This document shows, in pieces, positions 8,356 to 18,592 of a DNA stretch of 64,000 nucleotides. This DNA is from a virus. The notes under the pieces are model-generated. The model ran no database searches. It was not told the DNA's origin and saw only the letters and a list, made by a program, of their open reading frames with translations. The stretch is taken from IMG/VR virus record IMGVR_UViG_3300046000_009133, positions 5,668-69,667 of that record; one strand, given 5' to 3'. Every line of letters begins with the position of its first letter. The first letter of the stretch is position 1. Made by a program: the position numbers and the translations under genes.

Positions 8356-8640
8356 ATGACCATCACCACCATCGACGAGTTGGAAGATATCATGGCGAAG
8401 ATGGTGGTAAGTGGTGTTTCGGTTCACTTCGGACCATCGACATCCCCGCTGCGCCAAGGGCAATGGTTCGCCAGCACGGGCACTTCGGACACCATGAGAC
8501 AGGTTCGAGGCCCAACGCTGCGCGATGCCCTCAACGCGCTGTTGGGGTTTCAAGATGTTGTTGACGTTATCACCGAACCTGCGAAAGCCGCACCAAGCCG
8601 GAAGCCCGCTGCCACCAATCTGATGGACCTTTTGGCATGA
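8356..8640 (+). CDS. hypothetical protein
   Basis: Operon continuity; ends TNLMDLLA. Confidence 0.7.
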   Translation: MTITTIDELEDIMAKMVVSGVSVHFGPSTSPLRQGQWFASTGTSDTMRQVRGPTLRDALNALLGFQDVVDVITEPAKAAPSRKPAATNLMDLLA

Positions 8641-8882
8641 TGCGTATCATCGGCGATATCGGACGCATCATGGATGAGCGCGATATCCCAGTGATGTCGA
8701 TCCGTCGACCGTCTGAAAAGACCAAGGGGAAATGGCAAGTCTCGTTCAAGGAGACCGAGTTTCGACTCGACTGGACACAGGGAAAACCGTGCTGTGATTT
8801 CGTAAGCGCGTTGGAATCCTGCCTCGGGGAAAAAGTCGTTCAAGTTTCGCCAACCAATCTGGCGGATCTGCTTGATGACTGA
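8637..8882 (+). CDS. hypothetical protein
   Basis: ATGA-coupled; ends TNLADLLDD. Confidence 0.7.
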   Translation: MMRIIGDIGRIMDERDIPVMSIRRPSEKTKGKWQVSFKETEFRLDWTQGKPCCDFVSALESCLGEKVVQVSPTNLADLLDD

Positions 8883-9102
8883 ATCTCTGGAAGACCTGCT
8901 GCGCCGTGCCCGTTCGTCTGGAGTGTCTGCCATCACAATGGATCGTCCCATTGGTGGGGTGACGCGGGCAGGAGCGTGGAAGGCTTTCTCTCACTTCGGC
9001 ACGGGTTACAACGAAGATCCTGCCGCTGCGCTCAGGGAGGCGCTTTTGAAGGCGATAGCGCCACCTCGCAACAAAACCGATCTCAGCAATCTGCTGGACT
9101 GA
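8875..9102 (+). CDS. hypothetical protein
   Basis: Overlaps the upstream stop; ends TDLSNLLD. Confidence 0.65.
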   Translation: MTESLEDLLRRARSSGVSAITMDRPIGGVTRAGAWKAFSHFGTGYNEDPAAALREALLKAIAPPRNKTDLSNLLD

Positions 9103-9134
9103 TCATCACTTTTCCCGTTAATTTCACGAGCATC

Positions 9135-10523
9135 ATGGCAAAAATCATCCTTCATCCCGGCGACAATCGCATCAGTTTAGCCGCGATGGCTGAGAACAGC
9201 GTCGACTCTGTCGTCTGCGATCCACCTTACGGGTTGGTGAGCGTGGTTAAGCGGTTCGGTAAATCCGGCGCGGGTGACTGTACAAAAACCTCCGAACGCA
9301 TTGCGAACAGAACTGACGGTTTCGCCAGAATTGCGTCTGGGGGTTTTATGGGAAAATTGTGGGACGGCAGCGGAATTGAGATTGACCCCGAGTTTTGGGC
9401 ATTGGTTCTGCGCGTCCTGAAACCTGGCGGCTACATCGTCGCCTTCAGCAGCAGCCGCACTTATCACCGCATGGCCTGCGCGATTGAGGATGGTGGCTTC
9501 ATCACACATCCCCTGATCGGCTGGGTCTATGGGCAGGGTTTTCCGAAAGCACACGCTGCTGACAAAGCCATCGACAAGTTGCTGGGGAAAGCAGGCGAGG
9601 TGACCCCGCAGGGTGATCCTGTGAAGCGCATGATCCCCGGCGCCGATCAACTCGACACCGGATCATGGCTCAAGGAAAACGGTCGCGAGTATCAGCCGGG
9701 GCAGTATGTCCCAGCCACACCAGAAGCCGCCGAGTGGGCTGGCTGGGCCTACGGGGGACAGGTGCGCAAGCCCGCGCTGGAACCGATCTACGTTGGTCAG
9801 AAGCCCTTCAGCGAGAAGTCGGGGGCTGCCAACATCCTAAAATGGGGTGTGGGAGCCGTCAACATTGATGGGTGCCGGGTTGCGGGGGAAAGCACTTTAG
9901 TCACGCGACCAGCAGGCAGCTTTGGAAGGATGAACGACGACGGTTGGGAGCCTAAGCCTGGGACAAATGGATCACAATTGGGCCGTCACCCTGCGAATCT
10001 CATAACCGATGGATCGCCCGAGGTCATCGACCTGTTCCCCAACACCAAGAGCGGCAAACCCGGCGTCATGCGCAAGGGCGTCAATGACGGTGCCTGCTAC
10101 GGCGCAGAGTCCCGGCCACCTGGCACCCAGATGACGGGCTTCGGTGATGAAGGCTCTACCGCCCGCTTCTTCGAGTCCTATCCATTCGACGGCGAGCCCA
10201 TTTTCTACCAAGCGAAGGGTGGCAAGGAGGATCGTGCTGGCAGCCGCCATCCAACGGTGAAACCCATCGCTCTGATGCAGGCATTAGTTCGACACATCAC
10301 ACCCCCAGGTGGCACCGTTCTCGATCCCTTCGCTGGCAGCGGCACAACCGGCGAAGCTGCCTTGCGTGAAGGCTTCAATTGCATCCTGATGGAAGCCGAG
10401 CCAGAGTATATCGACTTCCTCTACAATCGTTTTGCTGGTCGGATGAATGCCAAGTTATCTGTAAGCAATCTGAATGAGTTGTTGGATACTCCCTCAACCG
10501 ATCTCAGAAACATTCTTTTCTAA
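9135..10523 (+). CDS. DNA amino-methyltransferase (N6A/N4C, beta class)
   Basis: DSVVCDPPY (motif IV) N-terminal; HPTVKP and VLDPFAGSGTT (motif I) C-terminal. Confidence 0.95.
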   Translation: MAKIILHPGDNRISLAAMAENSVDSVVCDPPYGLVSVVKRFGKSGAGDCTKTSERIANRTDGFARIASGGFMGKLWDGSGIEIDPEFWALVLRVLKPGGYIVAFSSSRTYHRMACAIEDGGFITHPLIGWVYGQGFPKAHAADKAIDKLLGKAGEVTPQGDPVKRMIPGADQLDTGSWLKENGREYQPGQYVPATPEAAEWAGWAYGGQVRKPALEPIYVGQKPFSEKSGAANILKWGVGAVNIDGCRVAGESTLVTRPAGSFGRMNDDGWEPKPGTNGSQLGRHPANLITDGSPEVIDLFPNTKSGKPGVMRKGVNDGACYGAESRPPGTQMTGFGDEGSTARFFESYPFDGEPIFYQAKGGKEDRAGSRHPTVKPIALMQALVRHITPPGGTVLDPFAGSGTTGEAALREGFNCILMEAEPEYIDFLYNRFAGRMNAKLSVSNLNELLDTPSTDLRNILF

Positions 10524-10534
10524 AGGAAATTACT

Positions 10535-10801
10535 ATGAATTTTGAAAACCTTCCGTTTGTCATCATGGCACAAAACGGCAAAGTCAAGGACACTTGGCGC
10601 GTTGTTTCAACCGGTGACTATGACCAAGACTGTGCTCTTGGTCGAAAACATTTTCGGGCACTCATGCTCGTGATGAATGCAACCAGCAACCCGCTTTACT
10701 TGGTTCGGGTGATCGAAGGGCAAGCCGCCAAGTACGCCACATGGGGCGGCATCGAAGCAGGATTCCTGTCGGCCATGTCCGACGAACTCAGTTCGTTGTA
10801 A
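10535..10801 (+). CDS. hypothetical protein
   Basis: AAAGGA SD; last gene of the rightward operon. Confidence 0.65.
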   Translation: MNFENLPFVIMAQNGKVKDTWRVVSTGDYDQDCALGRKHFRALMLVMNATSNPLYLVRVIEGQAAKYATWGGIEAGFLSAMSDELSSL

Positions 10802-10906
10802 GCATTTCTGGCATGGCAGCCTCCTGTTGGTAGGAAGATCAATCACCAGCCGGGATTTCGCTATGCGCCTATTGCGACCGCCAACAGCCCGGCGCAATCG
10901 CGCAGT

Positions 10907-11143
10907 TCATGCGCCGACATTCGCCGCGTGACGGCCCGCGCATTCGCCATACAGGTCGATCACCCGTCCGGCCCACACCTCGACTGCTTGGTCGGTTATC
11001 GGTGGGGCAGGAAGCCCCGGCAAGGGCGCGCAAAGCTGGTCAAGGCTGGCCTGCGGCGGCACGGTTGGCGGCTTTAATCCTCTGGTCGAGCCGCAAGCCG
11101 CGAGAAGGAGAGAGGCAAGCAGCGTTATATACAGGTTCCGCAT
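10907..11143 (-). CDS. o-spanin (Rz1-like lipoprotein)
   Basis: Lipobox LLLAAC, Pro-rich; overlaps the i-spanin 3' end. Confidence 0.85.
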   Translation of the reverse strand: MRNLYITLLASLLLAACGSTRGLKPPTVPPQASLDQLCAPLPGLPAPPITDQAVEVWAGRVIDLYGECAGRHAANVGA

Positions 11144-11369
11144 AGGCTTGATCCTCCAGTTCGCGTGATATCATCCGGTTAGCCTCCACAAGGGCCAGCC
11201 GTTCGGTCTCAGCCGCCGCAAGGGCGATGCCCGTCTCTGTGGCCTCCTGCTGCGCCACGGCCCACGCTGCGACGTGCTTGGCCTCATTGTCTGCCCGCCC
11301 CTTGACGTAGCCACCAGCGCCCGCGCTAAGGGCCATCAGCAGCGCGCCAAGGATCAGATAGGGGTTCAC
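11040..11369 (-). CDS. i-spanin (Rz-like)
   Basis: N-terminal TM then GYVKG and coiled coil; position after the endolysin. Confidence 0.8.
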   Translation of the reverse strand: MNPYLILGALLMALSAGAGGYVKGRADNEAKHVAAWAVAQQEATETGIALAAAETERLALVEANRMISRELEDQAYAEPVYNAACLSPSRGLRLDQRIKAANRAAAGQP

Positions 11370-11551
11370 GCCGCCACCCGCTGCACGCAGGTAAACTCGG
11401 CGTCAAGCCCCGGCGTGACGCGCTCCATGAGCATCACAACAGCCGCGCCCGTCAGGTTACAGGACCTGGCGTCATGGGTCAGCGCCCAAGGCACCTGTCC
11501 GGTTTGGCCGCCGAATGTCAGCGTGAGAACCACGAGCCATTCCATCATCAC
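11366..11551 (-). CDS. small hypothetical protein in lysis cassette
   Basis: Coupled overlaps at both ends. Confidence 0.55.
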   Translation of the reverse strand: MMMEWLVVLTLTFGGQTGQVPWALTHDARSCNLTGAAVVMLMERVTPGLDAEFTCVQRVAA

Positions 11552-12039
11552 GCCTCGTTGGTCGAAATAGCACCGTCACGGCGCATCAGCGACAGGGGTG
11601 TGTTGGGGTTCTTGAATGTCGAAGGCCATCGGACAGCTTCGCAGCGGGTCTTGGCGATCCAAGTGTAACCGATGGCGTCACTCTGATTGCCCCCCAAAAC
11701 CCGGTATTCGGTCGCGGACTGGCCAACGAGGATGCCGACATGGCCACCAGACGGGCGCTTGAAGGCAGCGATGGCCCCAAAGCACGGGCGGCACTCGGAC
11801 CCAAGATACATCCAATTCAGCGCCCAATAGGGGTTCTTGCCCAGATCGCCAGGGCGCGGCTCGTTAGGCAAGGCCAGATGCAGCGCTGTATCAACTGCGT
11901 CACCGCACCAAGGCAGCTTTGCCGGATCGCCCAACGTCACCCCGTCTGACCTGAGCCATTTTGCCAGCCGATCATGGTCGCGGACCTCGTGCCAGCCCAT
12001 GACCTTTTCAAATTCGGTGATCCATGGAATAGCGTTCAT
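11548..12039 (-). CDS. endolysin, NlpC/P60-CHAP-like (TIGR02594 type)
   Basis: PWCG catalytic Cys; GGHVG His; VLGGNQSD. Confidence 0.9.
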   Translation of the reverse strand: MNAIPWITEFEKVMGWHEVRDHDRLAKWLRSDGVTLGDPAKLPWCGDAVDTALHLALPNEPRPGDLGKNPYWALNWMYLGSECRPCFGAIAAFKRPSGGHVGILVGQSATEYRVLGGNQSDAIGYTWIAKTRCEAVRWPSTFKNPNTPLSLMRRDGAISTNEA

Positions 12040-12167
12040 TTGAGCACCTCAAGAATGCGTGGCAAGAACATGATCATCACGGCAATCGCCCCGCCCCATC
12101 GCAGCCGGTGCCACAGATCACTCAGCATAGATTTTCTGTCGCGGCGGATGGTGCGAGGATCAAACAT
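12036..12167 (-). CDS. small membrane protein (43 aa), possible holin/antiholin component
   Basis: MFDPRTIRRDRKSMLSDLWHRLRWGGAIAVMIMFLPRILEVLK; GGAGG SD; ATGA overlap with the endolysin. Confidence 0.5.
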   Translation of the reverse strand: MFDPRTIRRDRKSMLSDLWHRLRWGGAIAVMIMFLPRILEVLK

Positions 12168-12534
12168 CAGGACCTCCCTGATTGGGGTCGGACGGCAGCA
12201 CACCGCGCCGCAAACGTGTCAACAACACCTCAAAGACACCTGGTAGGATCAGGCCGGCAAGATAAGCTGATGAACCAGCCAAGCCCCCCACAACGGGGGC
12301 TACGGTTTCGCTGGGCAGGTTTACGGCCCACATCACCAGCGGCAAAGCCAGCGCACCCACGCCGCCCGCAACCAGCGCGCCAATTGCTGTGTGGCGGATC
12401 AGATCGCGGCGCGAAACCTTGATCAGCAAGCCCGATGTGGCGCCACCCATCGCCCCCCAGGCAGCCACGCTGAACACCGCAGAGCCAGCCACCGCTTGCA
12501 GCACATCCGCCCAAAGGCCACCTTCAGTTGACAT
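12160..12534 (-). CDS. putative holin
   Basis: About three hydrophobic segments; upstream of the endolysin. Confidence 0.75.
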   Translation of the reverse strand: MSTEGGLWADVLQAVAGSAVFSVAAWGAMGGATSGLLIKVSRRDLIRHTAIGALVAGGVGALALPLVMWAVNLPSETVAPVVGGLAGSSAYLAGLILPGVFEVLLTRLRRGVLPSDPNQGGPDV

Positions 12535-12694
12535 AGTTCACCCCTCGCGTCTGTGGTTTTTCTGGTCCTAGGGTCAGCGCCGCCGCTGCCGTTTTGATGA
12601 TCCGCTTGACTAGCGCTTCTTTCTCGACAGTCACTCAGTCCTAGCAGTTGCCATTTTCTGACCTATCCAAACACGAATGTCAACTTTAGCGTGA

Positions 12695-13216
12695 TTATGC
12701 GGCCGGCGTATCGAACCCAAGGTAATAAGCAACAAGCCTCAGTTTGTTCGTATTGCCGCTACCTGTTCCTCCGTTCAAGGTCACCAGAACATCTGTCGCC
12801 GCGAAGGTTGGAAATGGTGCGACGACTCCGATGTTCTGCGCGCCTGTCGTAACTCCTATGGTGGCACCAAATGCCGCAGGCGTGCCTGTGTAGCCTACGT
12901 CAAAGCTGGTCGGACCGCCTGTCAGTGCAGCGACGACATAACTGGTGACGCAGAGAACGATGGCTCGCGCCGGGATCAAGGCTGTCGCTGTAACCGATGT
13001 GCCGTCTGGGGTCAGCAACACCATAGTCGCGTTCAATGACAAGCGACCCTGTGTGCCGACAGGCTTTACCAATGTTCGATTCAACTGCCCATCCAGCAGA
13101 TCGCGGACCTGACCGAAGTTCCCTTCCCGACTGTTGCCGCCTTGAACCAGTGCAAAGATATCGGCAAGATCAAGAGTAGTCGCGTTGGTCAGAGCAGAAG
13201 TTTCTAGGTTCGCCAT
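12695..13216 (-). CDS. tail fibre/accessory protein (C-terminus like DUF2793-associated jelly-roll domain)
   Basis: LIPARAIVLCVT...TSFDVG...AFGATIG...NIG...RLVAYY; last tail gene. Confidence 0.6.
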   Translation of the reverse strand: MANLETSALTNATTLDLADIFALVQGGNSREGNFGQVRDLLDGQLNRTLVKPVGTQGRLSLNATMVLLTPDGTSVTATALIPARAIVLCVTSYVVAALTGGPTSFDVGYTGTPAAFGATIGVTTGAQNIGVVAPFPTFAATDVLVTLNGGTGSGNTNKLRLVAYYLGFDTPAA

Positions 13217-13228
13217 TTTGGAAGTCCT

Positions 13229-15601
13229 TTAGACTATGAGGTTGCCCGGTGCCATGTCGCCCGACAGCGCTAAGGTGTTGCCAGCCATGTCACCAGAAAG
13301 TGCAAGTATATCGTCGCTCGTAAGGTTCATGATCACGCCGATCTCGTGCCCTTGCAGGGATTCCAGACCGTCCCGCACCGCGACAACCCGCACCACTGCC
13401 GATAGGTTGCCAGCAAACTCGCCGCGCGAAAGCAGGTAACTGGTGCCCGTCAACCCACTGATTGTGGCGATCGGTGTCAAGTCTGGCTCTGTAATATAGA
13501 TCGTGGTGGTCTGACCGGCTTCCGGTCCCATGTCGCTGTCAGTCCAGAGCAGCGCCTGCGCGGATTCGTTGATCCGGTTGCGGCGAGCCCATGTCACCAA
13601 CATTGACGTTCCGCCTTCTAGATCGAATGTGCCGAAGGCGGTCGTGTTGATCTTCACATTGGCCGGCCGATTGGGAAGATGCGGCCGTTCACTCAGAACA
13701 ATATCGACCATCGGGGCATCAGCAATGGGTAGCAACCCAAGGCTTGTGCGTGTGCGAAAATGATAGGAAGCAGTTTCGAATGCTGATCTGCGCGTTGGAT
13801 CGGGAACTTGCGTGTCGCTTGGGATAAACCAGATACGAGTCCCGATCGCCCATTCTTTTGGAGTGGTGTCAAGCATACCGCGGTCCAGCGTATAGCCTGC
13901 GCCGTCAACAGTTCTCAGCAGAGCAATTTCGGTGGCACCATCGTCTTCTTGCCCAATCAGCACAAACTGACCGGGCGCTGGTGGCAGCCCGAGGTAACCC
14001 GGCATCGCAGGAATGATCGTTTCAACTTCTGCATCCAAAATCAGATCGGTTTCCCAACTACCACGAAGTTGTCGGTCACCGAACGACTGCTGCACGATCT
14101 CGCCAGTTGACAGAGCGCCGTACCCGATCAACTCGTAACCTACGTCATCTTCGCCGTCTGGTCCGATGGTGAAGGCCGAAATAACCTCTGGATAGAGCAA
14201 TTCGCTTACGTCATCCATCCCGAGCGCGGCGGCTGTCATGAACGCCGGGGCTGTTCCGGTCTGCAAATAGACCAGTGGTGCGGGCGGTTGCGAGGGATCG
14301 ACCCAGCCCGTGTCTGTGGGCGATAGATAACTCGCGCGATCGAGCGAGAAGATGTCTTCGTAAAGCGATAGTTTGACCGTGTTCGAAGTGGTACCAACAA
14401 CCACGTTTGCCACTCGGAAGTAGGCACTTTCAATGCTGCGGTCTGGCCAGACGAGTTCAACAACATCGTAGATGACCGTCTTCCAGAACTGCTTGGTGAC
14501 CTCGACATCGCAAGTAGCAATCGGATGAACCACGGCCGCGAGGTCACGTTCGGCAACCGCTATGGCCAGTGTCTGCGATGCGATTCCGTGATAGTTCCGG
14601 CTGTCTGATGCTGGTTGAGCCCCTTGCATACCGATAGCAGCCAGATCCTGAGCGACTACAGTTTCCTCTTTGCCCGTCTCTGGGTTGGTCCAGGTGACAA
14701 CAATTTCGTTCGAGATGTCGCCCCAAAGCTTCATCTTGAAGTTTGAGAGCTTGGCGTTATCAGGATTGACCTGCGGAACGGTCACTTCTGGATCAACTGC
14801 GCGGAGCAGTTTCAGCGTGTGCTTCCCCGTGGCCGGGTCCACGAACAACGCACCCTGGATATGATCCAAGCATTCTTTAACAAAATCTTCAATCTTGCTT
14901 TGGCGAGTCCATATCATATTCCCGCCGAAATTTTCATCATAAAGTGTCTGCGCAGCTTGTTCAAACGAGCCAATGTTGAACGCCCCGAAACTCTCACCCA
15001 TCCCCCAGTCGCGATTTGTCATCGCCTCAAAGATCATGTGGGCAAAGTTGGCCGACCACTGCTGATTGCCGAAAGAGTCGTCTGCCACTCTGATCATGGC
15101 GATTGAAGGATTAAGCCCTTGCGGTGCTCGACGAACACGAACGGTTATCTTTTTCAAGTATGGGTTGTTCGAGGACCAATGAAATCCTTTTGAGTCCGAA
15201 GCAGTTCCGTTCAGTGCCGCGAACGTAGGCCAGAGGAAACCCGTGTCTTCGATGTTGTCATTGCGCAGGCCGGTGAAAACCAAGCTGGCAAGCCCCCGGA
15301 AACCTGGGCAGGTTGAGGCTGTCAGGCCAAAGCGACTCCAGATCGGTCCCGGTAACTTCTGCTTTTCGTTGCCGTTCAGCCACCAGATCAGGCCCTTGAC
15401 GCCACCTTCTTTCTTGTTGCCGCCGAACAGATCGGGCTTGTCGATCTTGCGAACCGTGTTGTTGGTGTCGGACCCACGCCACGCTTCTTTGTCACCGACT
15501 TTGATCGCAACGAGTTCCAGTCCAGGACCGGCAGCGCAGACGCCAACGTGCATCGACATATAATGCTCGGATACTTGGACTTCGGCGCCTGGCTTACCCA
15601 C
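13229..15601 (-). CDS. tail tip / central tail (host-specificity J-like) protein, Chi-like
   Basis: YMSMHVG.C...PDLFGG.KKEGG...PGFRGL...NNPYLK; RG.LDTTP; WARRNR. Confidence 0.85.
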   Translation of the reverse strand: MGKPGAEVQVSEHYMSMHVGVCAAGPGLELVAIKVGDKEAWRGSDTNNTVRKIDKPDLFGGNKKEGGVKGLIWWLNGNEKQKLPGPIWSRFGLTASTCPGFRGLASLVFTGLRNDNIEDTGFLWPTFAALNGTASDSKGFHWSSNNPYLKKITVRVRRAPQGLNPSIAMIRVADDSFGNQQWSANFAHMIFEAMTNRDWGMGESFGAFNIGSFEQAAQTLYDENFGGNMIWTRQSKIEDFVKECLDHIQGALFVDPATGKHTLKLLRAVDPEVTVPQVNPDNAKLSNFKMKLWGDISNEIVVTWTNPETGKEETVVAQDLAAIGMQGAQPASDSRNYHGIASQTLAIAVAERDLAAVVHPIATCDVEVTKQFWKTVIYDVVELVWPDRSIESAYFRVANVVVGTTSNTVKLSLYEDIFSLDRASYLSPTDTGWVDPSQPPAPLVYLQTGTAPAFMTAAALGMDDVSELLYPEVISAFTIGPDGEDDVGYELIGYGALSTGEIVQQSFGDRQLRGSWETDLILDAEVETIIPAMPGYLGLPPAPGQFVLIGQEDDGATEIALLRTVDGAGYTLDRGMLDTTPKEWAIGTRIWFIPSDTQVPDPTRRSAFETASYHFRTRTSLGLLPIADAPMVDIVLSERPHLPNRPANVKINTTAFGTFDLEGGTSMLVTWARRNRINESAQALLWTDSDMGPEAGQTTTIYITEPDLTPIATISGLTGTSYLLSRGEFAGNLSAVVRVVAVRDGLESLQGHEIGVIMNLTSDDILALSGDMAGNTLALSGDMAPGNLIV

Positions 15602-15602
15602 G

Positions 15603-15812
15603 TCAGGAATCCTTCTCGGCTGTGCGTTTCACTTCCACAATCCGTTCAATGTAAGGGTCGAACCCTTTTCCCATCAGTTCTGATTTCGGGAGCCCGTTCT
15701 TGACGAAGCTTTGAAAATCCACGCCAGCCTCAATCATTCGGCGTCTGGTTCCACGAGAACAGAATAGCTGTCGAAAGTCGTCGATCTTGATGATTGGGTC
15801 TTCGTCGGACAT
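15603..15812 (-). CDS. small tail assembly protein, Chi-like
   Basis: CSRG.RR....G.DF..F.KNG motif; synteny. Confidence 0.75.
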   Translation of the reverse strand: MSDEDPIIKIDDFRQLFCSRGTRRRMIEAGVDFQSFVKNGLPKSELMGKGFDPYIERIVEVKRTAEKDS

Positions 15813-15815
15813 TGA

Positions 15816-16058
15816 TCAAGCTTTCACGTTGAAGGTCTTGGTAGATTTCTCGCCGAACCAAACGATATTCACCCCGCTAACTTCAATCTCTCCAAACACC
15901 ACCGGAATAGGTCGACCGGATTCTGCTGTCGGGTCTTCAAGGTCTTTCACTTCATCCGGTTTTGCGCTTTTGGGCGTACCCATGAGCAAGTAGCCGATGA
16001 CCTGAAGTGCGACTCCGACCAATAGTTGATAAAGGAAAGGTAAGAGTGCGAATGGCAA
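15816..16058 (-). CDS. small tail assembly protein, Chi-like
   Basis: PTAESGRPIPVVFG...NIVWFG. Confidence 0.85.
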   Translation of the reverse strand: MPFALLPFLYQLLVGVALQVIGYLLMGTPKSAKPDEVKDLEDPTAESGRPIPVVFGEIEVSGVNIVWFGEKSTKTFNVKA

Positions 16059-16099
16059 AGAACACTTCCTTCGGTGAGATTATCACATTAAACGTGACA

Positions 16100-18580
16100 T
16101 TAGTAGAATTGGTTCTTCTGCGATAGGGGGTTTTCCAACGGGATCAGAGGCTGCCCACCAAAGTTCAGGATATTGCTGTGCAGCACGTTGCAGTCAGCCA
16201 TGTTGCGACGACACCCAAGCACCACGTTGACGCTCATCGCGACCGCCAATCCGCGCAATGAACCGCGCACCGTCACTTCAAGGCCGCTTGCTTCCGCTTT
16301 GGCAATCGTGCGTGTCTCTTTACGTCCGCTTGCCGCTGTCCACTCCAACAGCCCACCGATGTATCGGGCAGGGTCAATGGGCGCAATAGCCACACCAACC
16401 TGCACCCGGTTGCGAATGATTCCTGTCACCGTCCTTGAAATCGTAGCATCAACTTTATTCGCACGGCACTGCGACCCGTAAAGCACATGGGGGCAACCAA
16501 GTTGATAGTTACGCCGAAGCCCCGGCCGCTGGATTGATGTCGATACCGGCACCGCGTTGAAAGCGATTTCGTGCGAGTTGAACTCTGGTGCCGTGATCCG
16601 CCCGAGCCATTGCGCCGGGTAATCAACCAGTGACGGAATGTCATCCATTTGTCCCTGAAACACGGTCAAATTGACAACCTGCGAGGGAGGGTAGCCGATG
16701 AATTCGTCTTCGAGCCCCGACCCTGCCGCCATTGTGATGGTGATGTCCGACTTGTCCAACGTCCCGGTCGTCGAGATGTCGCTGTGTTTAATGGCCCACG
16801 GTTGATAGGTGATGCCAGCTCGAACAATAGCTGTTTCGGCATTGGTGAAAGCATAGGGACCAAAGGTGCCATGCTCGAATGCACGACCCGGCGATGTGCG
16901 GCCGGTCAGCCAGTGGCCCGTGGCCCAGTTCGCAGCATCACCAAAGTAATCAGCGCGCGTCGGGAACACAGGATAGGGTCGTGCGTCCCAGGTCCACAAG
17001 CTGATCTTTCCGAAGTCGATCATGTCGGGGTTGTTCGGCCCATCTGGGTGCCAGTAATCCAGCGTTGCTTCCAAATAGGCACGCATCACAGCGGCGTCTG
17101 GACGGCCGTTCGAAAAGTGCGGCGTGTCACTCTCGCTGGATTTCGGATCAAGGAAGACGTTGGGCTGGTTCGGCCCTTTGTCGATGGCCGCGCAGCCGAG
17201 TTCGGTGAACACGATAGGCTTGAGTCCCGGCACCCACGCTGTCGCTGAAACGTCACGCACCCCGGCCACGCGGTTGTGGTGGGCATTCGTCCACCAGCCC
17301 CGGATATCCTTCTGTCGAAAGACCCAAGGTTCGCTGTAGGCCCCATCGGTGATCGGGCTTCTGGTCTGATTGGTTCGCGCGAGATCGCTGGCGTAGAACC
17401 AATCGAAGTATTCCCCACCTTCGATGTTCGCTTTCAAATAATTCGGATCGTGCAGGGAGTTGAAGCCAGCGAGCCAGTCCAGATGCGTGAAGCCTTCGCG
17501 CCAATCGGCCCCGGGCGAATAGTTGTCGATGCCAACATAGTCGATGTTGATGTCTGACCACAGCGGATCGAGATGGAAGCGTACATCGGTGCCGATCTTG
17601 TGGGAGTGAAATTCAGACCAGTCGGCGGCGTAGGAGATGTTTACGTCACCCCCGAGAATGCTCCTGGCTGCCGCAGCAAGCGTTTTCAGCTTGGCGACGG
17701 CCGGATAGGCGAAGACCTCGTTGCGCACGGTGGTCAACCCGACCAATTCGCTGCCGATCAGAAAGTCATCGACTCCAGCAGCGTTGGCAATAGTGGCCAT
17801 GTGCAGAATGAAACGGTTGAACTTCCACTCTGCTGCCCCGCTGTAATTGACTCGCAACTCGCCGGCGTTCCAAGAGAAGTCCGCAGCAGTGCTTCCACCG
17901 AAGAAGGCGTTGGCCTGCGTGGTGGCTGTGGTTGTCGCATCCACGCTGCCAGCCTCCCCCGCTGCCGGGTGGCAAGTGATCCGACCTCGCCACGGGTAGG
18001 CAGCTTGCGCAGCTTCGCCGTAGGGGTCTGGCAAGGCGTTGCCGGCAGCAATGTCCATCATGACGAAAGGATAGAGTGTGACCTTGAGCCCTGCTGCCTT
18101 GATGGCCACAATAGCTTCGTAGATGGTGCGGTCTGACGGGGCTCCACCATAGGCAGGTTTGCCTGAAATCTGCGAAACGACTTGGGCTGTGCCCCGGACA
18201 AGATCGCCCACTTTCCATTCGTAGGGCAGCGTGCTTCCGCTGGCAGTTTCGACTTTGGGCCGGATTTCGCAGTTCCCACAGCGTAGATCGGTCCCATGCC
18301 AGGCGACGACCAAGCTGACGTGCTCCAGATGTGGCGCAGATGCCAGAAGGTCTTCCAGCGACGAACTGAAATCACTGACTGCCTGCCCTGCGTATCGGTT
18401 CTTCGGCTGCCCGGTGCTGCTGTCAGTGACAAGCGTTGTGCCGTAACCGAATTCCGTCGCACCCGGTATGATGGTGACCGACCTCATCAAAGATTCCAGC
18501 ATTGGATCGCTGCCCTTGAACAAGAACAACTTGCTGGGGTTGCCGCGATGCCGAGAGGATTCTTTGATACCAAATGCCAT
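16100..18580 (-). CDS. baseplate hub (DUF2163/BR0599-like) with inserted GTA-type glycoside-hydrolase-like TIM barrel
   Basis: C-terminal GC.R...DC...N..NFGG.P.IP; internal YPWRGRIT, IGSEL.GLT, YAADWSE, GIDNY, FTELGC, WDARPYP, GHWLTGR. Confidence 0.85.
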   Translation of the reverse strand: MAFGIKESSRHRGNPSKLFLFKGSDPMLESLMRSVTIIPGATEFGYGTTLVTDSSTGQPKNRYAGQAVSDFSSSLEDLLASAPHLEHVSLVVAWHGTDLRCGNCEIRPKVETASGSTLPYEWKVGDLVRGTAQVVSQISGKPAYGGAPSDRTIYEAIVAIKAAGLKVTLYPFVMMDIAAGNALPDPYGEAAQAAYPWRGRITCHPAAGEAGSVDATTTATTQANAFFGGSTAADFSWNAGELRVNYSGAAEWKFNRFILHMATIANAAGVDDFLIGSELVGLTTVRNEVFAYPAVAKLKTLAAAARSILGGDVNISYAADWSEFHSHKIGTDVRFHLDPLWSDINIDYVGIDNYSPGADWREGFTHLDWLAGFNSLHDPNYLKANIEGGEYFDWFYASDLARTNQTRSPITDGAYSEPWVFRQKDIRGWWTNAHHNRVAGVRDVSATAWVPGLKPIVFTELGCAAIDKGPNQPNVFLDPKSSESDTPHFSNGRPDAAVMRAYLEATLDYWHPDGPNNPDMIDFGKISLWTWDARPYPVFPTRADYFGDAANWATGHWLTGRTSPGRAFEHGTFGPYAFTNAETAIVRAGITYQPWAIKHSDISTTGTLDKSDITITMAAGSGLEDEFIGYPPSQVVNLTVFQGQMDDIPSLVDYPAQWLGRITAPEFNSHEIAFNAVPVSTSIQRPGLRRNYQLGCPHVLYGSQCRANKVDATISRTVTGIIRNRVQVGVAIAPIDPARYIGGLLEWTAASGRKETRTIAKAEASGLEVTVRGSLRGLAVAMSVNVVLGCRRNMADCNVLHSNILNFGGQPLIPLENPLSQKNQFY

Positions 18581-18592
18581 GTTCAACAGTTC

